Assembly: GCA_973895155.1 (NCBI GenBank) | Contig: OZ316892.1 | Coordinates: 4,982,510-5,046,509, forward strand | Reading direction: 5' to 3' | DNA from: Marsupella aquatica | Taxonomy: Eukaryota; Plantae; Marchantiophyta | Length of the DNA: 64,000 nt | Part shown: positions 46,200-58,000 of the stretch, piece after piece | How the letters are laid out: each line of letters opens with the position of its first letter | Position numbering within the stretch: position 1 is the first letter of the stretch | Made by a program: the position numbers and the translations under genes | Notes under the pieces: model-generated | The model's database searches: none | The model's input: the letters and a program-made list of their open reading frames with translations, nothing else | Told to the model about the DNA's origin: nothing

Positions 46200-46990
46200 T
46201 ACCCGTTGGAGCTCCTAATCCAGCTCAAACCCAGCACCTGTACATTGTTACTATTTGAAGGAGGGAAACCCACCAAGCACGCAGCAGCCCCCCTCCTCCT
46301 CACTCAAAAAAACAAACGTTCACAATCTGCAGAGAAGAATACCACCTCGGGCGACCTCTATAATCAACACCCGCACCCAACTCCCGTTTGGAGGTCTTAA
46401 TCCAGCTCGAGCCGTGCACCTATTTGCATTTGAAGTCGAGAAACTCACCCAGTGAACAGCTCCCTCCCTCACTCATACACACAGAAACGTTCAAAATCTG
46501 GTCAAGGACGCTGTCCAGACAGAGAGAAGAAACCTACCATGGGCAATATCATCCTATCACCAGCTCGCCTTTGGAGGTCCTAATCCAGCTCAAGCCGAGC
46601 ACCTGTTAATGATTTCCATGTCAAGTCGAGAAACTAAACAGTAGCTGTAGCCCAACCCACACAACTGTTTCTCTTGAATCCTCTGCCCTTGGCCCCACTG
46701 CACACACAGAAACGTTGAAAATCCGGTTAAGGACAACGTGCAGATCGAGAGAAGAAGACCACCATGGGGAACATGAGTACATCACCAGCAGGGCTCCCAA
46801 TCCAACTCAAGCCGAGCACATTAATTCCACGTAAAGAATATAAACCCTCCCATCACCTTGCAAGCAGCCTCACCTCCACTCTACTCAGTCAGACACACAA
46901 GAGAACCGTTCTAAATCCCACTATGGCCGCTTTGCAGAGAGGAGAAGACCACCATAGACAACATCCTAGTGCCTGTCATCAGCAGCACTA
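46200..46990 (-). repeat. Four to five diverged ~185-bp tandem units in the PS1 5' leader, most carrying splice-site-like signals
   Basis: taatccagctc.a.cc..gcacct at ~46217, ~46398, ~46581 and ~46797; gagagaaga..ccacc blocks between them. Confidence 0.8.
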
Positions 46991-48526
46991 AACTCCCTCA
47001 TTTCCAAGCTCGAAATCCTCAATCTCAAACAACAAGATACACCCAATACAGTCCTGTACAACAGTCGTGGAATGGGGGGACGATCTGCAGACTTCCGCGT
47101 TCAAATTTCGCAGAAATTGGTGACAGTCAACAAGAGCAAGGACAGCAAAACAACGCTTGAATCACGATGATGATCGCCCATCCCTCCCCTTTCCGTCATT
47201 TTCCGTCCGGACCGCCGCCAGACCGGCGGCAGCGCTACGGCGAGCCCCTTCCGTCACCAATCGTACCGCCAAATCGCAGTCAAAATTTTGGGAAATCTAC
47301 GGCAGCTGTCGAATTCCCAGGTTGAAACGACAGTTGTGGCCGTTGGATCGGTTGCTCTCCACGGTAGAGAGATGGCGGCACTGTTGGCTCGATCCACTCT
47401 CCCGCTGTCGGAGTGGCCTGGCTACATTTAGCTGGCTTGCGTGCTCCGCTTGGTCAGTTTCGAATGCGAGAGCGGGAACGAATGCACGACTGCAAAAAGC
47501 TCGAAAAGGCTGAGGGCAGACCACCCCCAATCCAAGTTTCATGGTCGGATGTTAACCCCCACAGTTAAGCGCCCTCACGGATGTAGCATTTTTAGGGACA
47601 GGGTTCAGGGCTATGGACGAGCCCGCGGACGGGGCGTCTTGGAGGCGGTCGCCAAGTCGGTCGGTTTCCCTACAGTGGCAGATCCCGGTCGCCGTTGAGA
47701 TAGACGATCGGATGGCTGACAGGGGTGCTTCGGGCGCCAACAGGTTTGGCGCGTCGTCAGTTTAGTGAGCGGGAAGAGCAAGGGGACGGAGGCGTTGGCA
47801 GAGGGTGGGGCCGGGGGAAGGGGAAGGGACCGTTCGAAATGATGGAGACCCGTTGACAGGACTGGGACCGGCCTTTCCCTTCGCTGACGTGGTATTTTTC
47901 AGCATTGAATTTGCCAATAAAAATGATGCTCTTATGGACACTGTCACATTTTACACTTTTCACTCATTGATCTTTTTGTTTTGAAAAAGTTTTCAAGTGA
48001 GGTGGTTGATTTTCAATATCTCCCTTGTCTCCATTGAGAAATAACCAAATTGGCTCTCCTACCGTAGGACTCATCAAAAGCAGGCTGGAAAGGCTTTTCC
48101 AACCAGTTGAAATCTCTAGTTTCATGGGGAATCGAGAGAGTTATGAATTTCTAAAAATTTCCAAATGACTGAATGTCCACATATTGCACTTCCAAATGTT
48201 TTTGAGGAGTTAACTTTGACATTCAGTGTCTCCCTCTATATTCAATAGGGCTCAAAGTTTGCATCTCTTGAGAGCCGTCCGGGCTGCTGACCGCCAGAAA
48301 ACAAGGCAGAACAGGGCCGGGTATTGTGTTTTGGGCATGAGTAAGTAGGGCAGATAACTTTGAGAGGTGTCGTATAGCTGTAGATGTAATGGAAAATCTG
48401 CAGCCTGCAACTAGCAAAAAAGCCCAGGCAAAAAAGTGTGGTTGCCATTTAGGTGTACCACACACTCTGGAATACAACACAACAGGAAGGTGGGAGCAAA
48501 CATTCCAAGAAAGAAAGCAGTTGTAA

Positions 48527-48657
48527 CCTCTCAATCGGATGAAGAGAATATTCTAAGCAAAATGTTCATTTCCAAGGCACACCTGAGAGACCTCTCAATC
48601 GGATGTCTGAAGAGATTATTCTAAGCAACATGTTCATTTCCAAGGCACACCTGAGAG
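48527..48657. repeat. Tandem duplication, 2 x ~64 bp
   Basis: cctctcaatcggatg...attctaagcaa.atgttcatttccaaggcacacctgaga occurs twice. Confidence 0.9.
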
Positions 48658-51600
48658 GTGTGCAAAGACATGTTGGTTTTTCATTAAAGCAAGTTTGGGA
48701 TAAGAGAAGGAGCAAGGTTGCAAGGACTTGAAGGCAAAATTTGAATTTGGAGAACATTTGTTGGGCAAGTTCATCAGATATGATAAAATACTAACAAAGA
48801 ACTACAAGGTGGAGCACTACCAGGAAGAGCTGCCAGCATGCAGTGCCACAGTATCATGAAGACATCATAGAGACTTTCAACATAGTTGTTCCAACACGAG
48901 AGAACTCTTTTACCAACCAATTGACAAACCAAGAAGCATGCAATAGTATTTTGTCACTAAAGTGTCAGAGAAAAGCTTGCACAGACTATGAAGGAGATCC
49001 ATTGGGAATGTGGTTTCGCCAGTAGAGGATATTGTTAACCATTCAAGAAGAATCACCCCAGTAACTCACAAATGCGTTTCTGCAACTGTGGCAATGAAGG
49101 TGATTGGACACAAGCGCTTGTTATGAGAAGAGCACAAAGAAGGTTGTCAGAGTTGCTCACTTATGTGCACGGAAAAAATTCCATACATAATGTTGAGGCA
49201 AAGAAGAGAACATTGAAGGAGGGAAACGCTGGAAATTTGCAAGATGAAGAAGACACTAATGAGTCTCCTAGCAAGAAACAAAAAAACTATGGAAGATCAA
49301 ATTGCATTGTCTGCAGTGTCTATTCTTTTTCTTCGTTTAATTACAATTGAATTATTTATGTTGTGGATTCACTGGATGTGGGAACAACTCAAGGAAAAGC
49401 ATAAACTCAGTTGACCTTTGAAACAGTTGTAATGGCCATTCAAGCAACTGGGCATCTCATTGAGATAGCTCATGAGGTCACCAATGGAAGAAGTATGGTG
49501 TCTCTTGAGACTATTGATGATGATTATCAATGGATGATTGGGGAAAGTTGGGATGAAATTGAAGGAGATGTCATTGTGCATAGACAAGGTGAAGGTAGTT
49601 AGACTGTGAACGCCATCTTGGTTCTGTTTCAAGAAGTTAAATCTCTCAAGAATTGTCTCAATAACGACAACATCTTGAGCAATCCTCGGAGCAATCAACA
49701 TTGGTAGGCATGACTTCTAGTTTTTCATTAGACAATCTGAAGTTCTAAAGGGAGAAGCTCATTAGACAAAGTTGATTTTTCATTAGATCTCATGTTCACT
49801 GTATATTGTTATGCCCTGATAACACCATTTATAGCCATAATGCCCTCCAAAATGAGGGCCTTATCTCAAGTTTTGAGGGGCTATTATTGCCCATAGTGCC
49901 CTAGTAACAGGGTGTATATACACTTAAAGGCCCATCAGATTTGTTGTGTTTTACTATATTTAGTAGAAGTAGAGAAGTTTCAAAATGCCCCTATCCAAAT
50001 CTGGACTTTTACATTCTTCTTGATAAAGCACAGAAAACTATCAAAGAGAAAAATTTGAGCATTAAGGTACCCAAAGTGGAAGATGGGTAAGGTCTTCAGA
50101 CTTTGGGTCAAGCTGCCTTGGTCGGGTTGTTTTGGTACCCAAAGTGGACGCTGGGTTAGGTGTCTACTAGGGCGTCTCAAAACTCAACAATACCAGGATA
50201 ACATCTTTCTCTGACTCAGGAGCTATGGGAACTTCCATAAAAATTGTGGTAGCCATAAGGAAAGTCTTTGGGCTCAACGCTTAACCATGTTATGCTAACT
50301 TAGGCCCTAACCTAGAAATCCACTTATCCGCAAGTCCAAAAGGCTGCAATTGAAAGCACATGGGCTTTGGGCCTGAAATGGCAATGGGTGCTGCAATTTG
50401 GGTGCAGCTGACTGAGAAGGAAGGAAATGGAATATACAGTGAGACTGAGGTGAGGCTATACCTAGTGGGGCAGGTCAATGTGGCCTCCCCCCAAGTTTTT
50501 AAATCATTCTTGAACCCACACTGACTGAGTTTTGAAACCAGTGAATCAGTCCTTTAGCTTTCTCTTTGTATTTCTATGGATGGGTATGAGCCCTAACCTC
50601 CTACCCGCCTGGTCTGGGGGTTATTGGATTTTGGCCCCCTGGCTACCCGACAGGGTTATCCAATTTAAGGCACAATTGTGAAGTCAAAACTAGAGAGAAA
50701 CTACAATCGGGGCTTATGCTTGTTAATCAATGGCCACCCGGGAAATCATGGTTGTAGCCAGCTCTGGCTCACCACCCTTGGGGATTATATCCATAAGTCC
50801 CTTGGGGCCATGGGTTGCCTTGCCCGTAATGTATAGGATTAAGGTCATATGGTCGCCATTATGAGGTATAGGGCGGCCGTATGGCGACCCGTTTACGAGG
50901 GGAGACACATGGGAGACCGTATAGTTCATAACTCAGACCGTATGTCTTTGATCGTATTTTTGGGCCCTGTGTTGAATTCTGATTGGCCCACATGACCCTG
51001 ACACTATGCCCCTCCTGCTGGTAGGGCTCAAATGTGCACAGAAATGGTATAATGTGTAGTGAGACATTAAAATAAACAAGTGAAGAGGTATCACTAGGCA
51101 AACACCATTATCATTCAAGGCATGACCCCAAAGTATACTTTGGTTGAAGGAGCCTCCATGATTATCTAAAGTGGCCACAATTGTGGAGGGAAACAAACCG
51201 CTCCTTCGGAATTAGTCTTTGCTGTGCTTTGCTTTCCATGTCATGTCCTCTCAACGTGTCTCATCAGAGCAATTTGGTGGGAGAACCGAAATACAAAATT
51301 GCGCTAGTTGAGGAAGGGATGTGACCAAAGAGTTGGTGGAAGAATGCGAAGGGCAGAAGAGGAAGAGGAGGCGATTAGAATGTGACAGGACCAATTGGTC
51401 TTCACTGCATGGATGGCGGAGGCAAGAGAACAAATGCATGAATGCGAGACACTCCAATGACCGTTCAACCCAATTCGTTGTCAACCGAATGAACGGATGA
51501 ATTCCTGGAGGAATTTTCCAAATTAGATTCGAGAGTGGGTTTCAGTTTATAGAGGAGGAATCAATACGGAACGTTATGAGTTATGACCGTGACATAGAGC

Positions 51601-52063
51601 CAAAGAGGTAATTGCGGAAGGAAATGAACGGAGGCGGGAGAAAAGAGTCCCAGAGACATAGCAAAGAGATTTTGATGATACACAAAGGGACGATGGCTTG
51701 AGCTTTTGGGTTTATGAGGTTTTTGAATTGGAGGAAAGGAACAGCAACAGAGAGATTGTGGCCTATTCACAAAGGGTGAATTCTTTGCGTTTCTGGGGTC
51801 TTGAGCTTTTGGAAGAAGAGGAAAACGAGTGTCAGAATAAGAACATAGAGATTGTGGGAATTTGTGAAGAGGGAGATTGATTTGAGGATTTTGGGTTCAT
51901 GAGCTTTTGGAACGATGAACGAGGGAATGCAGTTCGGAACTGGCGGCACTAGTAGCCGAGGTCCGATTTATATACCCAAAATGTGGGAAGGGTAAGGTTA
52001 GAGGGAGATAGAGCAAGTGAGTGAGTGAGTGAGGAAGTGAGTGAGGGAGTGAGGGACAGGGAG

Positions 52064-55000
52064 ATGGACGACGATGACTGGGGATTAAGCTTTGAGGAGC
52101 TAGATTCATTGGAGAGGAATGCTGCAGCGCAGCTGGCGAGTAGGAAAAACTCTGCAGCTCCCATTCTGTTAGAGTCAGATCCTTCCAAGAGGGTGGCCAC
52201 ATGGAACAAATCTTCGTCATCAACAGCAGCAGCTCCGATTGTTCTAGATTTAGATTCTCTCAAGAGACCGAAGAATCTGAGCTATTCATCGTCGACTCCA
52301 GTTGCTCCTATTGTCTTCGATTTAGGACCTCCTAAGAAACAAAGACTAGATGCAGATATTTTGAAGAGCCTTAGCACCACACAGCAGAATGTGGCTGCCA
52401 ACAGGATTTGCACGTCCCCAACAAAGAAGTCCGGGAGAGAACTCAAGGTGAAGGTTTTTAGAGACGAGCCAGGCAGGATAGCGGTCGAATCTTCGTACCA
52501 TCCGGTGAGCTTATGCAAGTTTGGGCCACTGCGATCATACCTTATGTTACAACAGTCAAACTGCCCCTCCGAAAGTTTGCCTATATATGAACTCCACTAT
52601 GTTCTTTCTAATTTCAGGATTTTCTTTCCTTGCCTGGAGGCTATCCTCAAGCAATCGAACAATTAGTAGACCTGGTTTGGTAGAAGATACTATTTGTAAA
52701 AAATTCGTTTCCGTCGCTTGCCATTTCTACTTAAATTGGTGGCTTCTATGTTTATGCTTGTCGCTGCGATGCATCCGCAGCGGCTCATGTCTGTCTCTTC
52801 ATCAATTGTTGTACTGGATGAATAATTGATCCGAATTTGAAGTTTGGAATTTTTTAATCTACGAAGGAAGTACTTGAAGGAAACCCTTTGCTTAACTGCA
52901 GCACCGAACCTGCTCGCTTTCAGAATAGCTCACAAGTGCTATAAGAAGCCCAGCGCACCTATCTGAAGGTGACTAGCTCACAGACGAATTTGTCTTAACT
53001 GTGTGAGTATGCTTCTGTGTTCAGGAACTTGTAGCAGTTCTTCGGACTGTTTCTGGCAAAAGATGGGACCAAGCAAGGAAGTGAGGAATCTTGACAACAC
53101 AATTGGTTTCCTCAATATTAAAAGCACTGTTGTCCGCTGGATACTTAGTGGGTTTTGTGCATTAGTGAATGAACCTGAAGGCAATGGAAGCAATGTGCCA
53201 CCAGTCCAATGTGTGCCTGATGAATCCATCCATTTGTTAAGCAGGGTTTGGACGTATCCAGAGGGCGAGCTTGATGAAGTTGTGAGGGCAATGAGGTCAA
53301 TTCCAAGTCTTCAAGTAGTTGTGAGTTTTCAAAACTGGTTGTCCATTTCCCAGAATGAAATTGTTTGAGGCACTTTGCAGATTTCTGCACTCTGTGAATT
53401 GATCTTTCTTCCACCTAGGTTGATTCCAATGCTTCTATTCCATTTCCTTGACATTAGAAGTTGCGCTGATGTAGATTAATGCAGAACCTTCCCTGCCAGT
53501 ACGTGATCCTGATCTGCTGGTAGAGTTGACGGCAGGTACATCCATGGAATTTTCTTTGGAGTCTAGTAACAGTGCTTTTTTTGTGGTCTTTTGTAGTTGT
53601 TAGGATTTCCAAATGAATGAACTTGTCCTTTTTCCACCTCTCTCCAGCCTTTATCTTGGAGAGGCAAATAATGACTCATGAGAATTCAATCGAGTACGAC
53701 CTTTTTACTCTTCTCCAAACTGGGTTGGACTTGATTACGATTGTATTTATTGATCTTTCCTCTTAAGGTTTTAAAGAAGAACACAGTGAATGACCTTTTG
53801 AATCACATCAGGTCATTATTATGGAGGTCAGGATCAGAGGTTGTCGCATCACACACGCAGGTTGAGTGGGTACTTTGTGCATTGTGAATTGATACCTATT
53901 GTCATATCTGTGGTTTGCTGCTGTGTAGAAAAGGATGCCTTCCAAGAGGACACAACTGAAGCCTGGTTGCCTTCCCACCAATCTATATCGCAAGGAACCC
54001 TTGATTGGGGAGTACGAAGTAGTCAGTCACCTCCCAAAGTACATCAGCGGTCAGCAGAAGACGGGGCTCAGACGTTAACTAAAAGTTCAAAATCTCAATC
54101 ATCTCAAGATGGTGGTTCCAACAGACTTCCACTCAGAAATTGCACAGTGCGGCTGGTTCTCCACAACAGTGGCAAAATTGCCGCGAAGTTTGAATACGAT
54201 CCAGTAAGTCGCACCTTAACCTTTCCAAACGGATTTTGCTTTTTGTCAACATCGAGTTTCTTTCTAGAAGTTGTTACTGTATTCTCTCATGTGACAATGT
54301 GCTGTTGATGAGTTTGAATGTCTTGACTCCTTAAGAATGCCTTGTTCACAGGACGTGATTGCAGCATTTCGGAAGATTCCGAAGGCAGAGTGGAATTCTA
54401 GAGAAAAGTAAGCGTTTACTTCAGTATCTCTCCATTTGGTGACATAAATTGCACTGAACTGCAGGAGAACATTTGGAATTTCTGTTTCAGCTTTTTGCAC
54501 TGACTTGGTTAGGACGTTTCTTCTCTCAATCCTGAATGCTCTGTGTGTCTGCATCTGCATTACCCATGTTTACTGAGTGAAGAAATTAGAGGTAGGTATC
54601 AGGACTTTGCTTCTTGTGTAACTTCCAGTCTCCCTACATAGACATGGGTTGATTACTAAAGGTTACTAGTGTTCCCTTCTTTCCAGAATATTTAAATCAG
54701 TGCTCTGGGCAAGATGGAAAAGAGGTTATTAGTCGGTATTGGTAGTCGCTAAAGTTGTAAGATTCGGATTCTCCTGATGCTACTCCACCTATCCTCATCT
54801 ATCTTTTATCTTGTTATCCTTTCAGGCTGTGGATGTTTCCCTTCTCATCGCTGCTTGAATCAGAAATGATTCTCAGCAATGTTAGCAGCCGTTCGATTAA
54901 AGTGAGTATTGCACACTTTCAGTGTTCGTGCTGAACAAGATGGTCTGCTAGATATAAGTATCGATTTCAAATTCTGACTAATGTCCCTGCTATTTCCCTG

Positions 55001-58000
55001 TTCTTCTATAAGAACTGTACTTTTAGACCGTTCAGATCTCCTGTATGCTTCTGGTGCGACAGGTTGAACCACTAGTCCCACTTGTGAAGCGTGCTCTTGA
55101 AGCTACTGCAGCTCTTCCTGACCTGCAAGGTTTGGTATCTTTTCCGATTAAAAGAATGATTTGTCTTGGCTCCCTTACAAGCAATTTGCTATGCGCATTT
55201 TTGACATAGTCATTGTAGCATATCAAAGCTGGTGGCGTATAATAAAATTCAACCATGCTACTGCTTTTTGTTCTCCAGGCATCTATTTTTACTTAAGAGA
55301 AATAAGCGTTAACGGTCCTGTGCTGTGCAGAGAGGTATGATTGTATTCCAGACCACCTTAAGAAAACATTGATGGATTTTCAAGTGGACGGAGTCAGGTG
55401 GGAAATTTGGCTATCTTGGACTTTTATAGATGTGTACCCCAATTTCTGTGACGGTAGTCTAGTCAAAGGTCTTAGCATCAATTAAATCACTTGTCAAATG
55501 GAGTGATTTGACAAGTAGTAAAGAAAAAACGCTTACTACAATGAAACTTTCTAACTTGCAGAGTCTTACGGCAGGTTTTCCTTGCAGCACGGAGGGCGGG
55601 CTCTCATTGCTGACGAAATGGGTCTGGGAAAGACTTTGCAGGTAAGACTTCCTTTCATCGCATAGTACGTCCGTCTACCTTGATTGTGACCAATACCCTT
55701 TATTCACTAAACTGAAGATTGGACATAATTGAGGTATTGAAATTTACTCTCACAAAAGCAATGCTTTCATCTCACCTTTCAATCTGCTGAGTGGAGATGA
55801 GATGATACAATTTACCTTCCCGGAATATATTATTCTCTGCTCTGTGTCACGGAAAACTTCAATTAAAACAAGTAAAATCTGAATTGTCTTTTGTCAGTTT
55901 TGCCTCTGTTGCAGGCTCTTGCTGTGGTGTCCTGCCTGAAAGAGGACTGGCCAGTACTCATAATCGTTCCATCTTCTCTGCGGTTAAATTGGGCAACAGT
56001 ACGCACCACAGCTTGTCAACCTTCCACTTCGAGCAATAAGAAACGTTTTCATTTCAACTTCTGAGTGTCTGTTACGGTTCCAGTGACATTCCAGAGATGG
56101 CCACAACCTATGTTGAGAATATTAAGTCTTATAAGCCTGTTGTCCTGTATTTACTTTGGTCTATTTGCAGATGCTGGAGAAATGGCTACACATTGACCCA
56201 AGCCTCATTACGGTATTTTTCAGATGATCTCTTGCATATCTCAAAATCTCAACACCGTTCGCCTATTGGCTCCGACCAACAGTGGCTATCTATTTCCTGT
56301 GCTAGACATGCTACTTTAGTCCTATCAAATATCCTTACAGCATATTCACTATTTTGAAACGCAATTTGCGTTATGGGTATATTGTGGGTGGGTTTCTAAG
56401 CTGGTTATCGGTGCAGATTGTCATGTCACAAGGGGGTAGCAGCCATGAGGGTTACAATATCGTTCGCACTACTGGAAAGCACAAATTATGTCTTGATGGA
56501 GTATTTAACATCGTGTCATATGATGTTCTGACCAAGCTGGAGGACTTAATTTATTTATCAGATTTTCAAGTAAGTACAACTTCCCACCCTCGAGTTGTTT
56601 GTTCAGGTTCTTACGAGATGGCCTATATTGAACATATGCTCCTTGATAAAGTAAGTTTTTTGGTCCTCTTATAGTTCTTGGATGATTTGACATGAAGATT
56701 GTTGGCTTGAAGCAGATCGTGATAGCAGATGAATCCCATTACATGAAAAATCCTACAGCAAAACGGACAAATGCTTGTGTTCCTCTGCTTCAGGTATATT
56801 CTATTCATAGTTGAGTCCCACATACCAGGACATACCGCTCATCACTGCCCCATAAATCAAGGCAATTCTTTCCGGTCTTAATCCTGACATTTTACAGCTG
56901 AAGGACAGAGAATTGAGAATTGCATTTTTTTTGTATTCTAAGAAACGAATAATTCGAAGGAAACTGATCAGTTCCCGCACAAGTGTGTCCTGCTCTTTTT
57001 TATATTTTTCTTGGGTTCTGGGGATGGACAACAGAAAGCGAAATATGCCCTTCTTCTCACTGGAACCCCAGCACTATCAAGGCCTATCGAAATGTTCAAA
57101 CAGGTACCACCATTCATCTTAAGTACGCGGAGAATATCAAGCTCTAAAATCCCTGGGTTGGAAAATACCTGTAGGAAATCTCTTATCTTGGAGCAGAGCT
57201 TTGTTGTAGCGTGTGGCAACTCTATACCGCATTGTCTTTCTTAAAATAGAATGCTAATAAATTTATGGTCCGCAGCTTGAAGCCTTGCAGCCTTCTGTGT
57301 ACAAAAAAATGGATGAATATGGCAAGCGCTACTGCATGGGTGTAAGTTGTCTCCACATTTCAGGTTCTCGTTTTGTTGCTGGTGGTGGGGAAAGGGAGCT
57401 CTCTCCCTGGTTTTTAGCAGAGCTTACTATAATCCGTGAATGTCAACCTGCAGGGGTATTTTGGAATGTGGCAAGGATCCAGCAACCACGATGAACTCCA
57501 TGCTTTGGTCAAATCAACCGTCATGATCCGTAGGCTGAAGAAAGATGTTATGAAGCAACTGCCTAAGAAGCGCCGTGAGCAGGTACATTTGAGTTGCTGA
57601 GTTCAAACGACGCCCCTACATCTTACGTTTTAGTTTGGCTTACTAATGATACATTTGGGGTGACATAGGTCTTCATTTCTCTTGATGACAATGGTGGAAG
57701 AAAGCTCCACGAACTATTGAAAGAGGTAGATTCAATGATCTAAATTCTCCGGTCTGATTGGCTGTCATGCACATTTGGATTCTGGATCCAACTGTTTGTT
57801 TTTCTAAAAATTGTTATTACGGTTTTGGTATTCGGTGTTTGATGTTTGATGTTTGGATTTTCATTTTTTGGTCCTAGTTTTTTGTCTTTTTGCTTTCGAA
57901 GGTTTAGATCTGAATTGTGCACTGGTCGGTGATAACATCTCCAGCTCATAATTGACCTGTATTGCTCCTGTAGTTGGACATTGCGAAGAAAGAGCACCGT

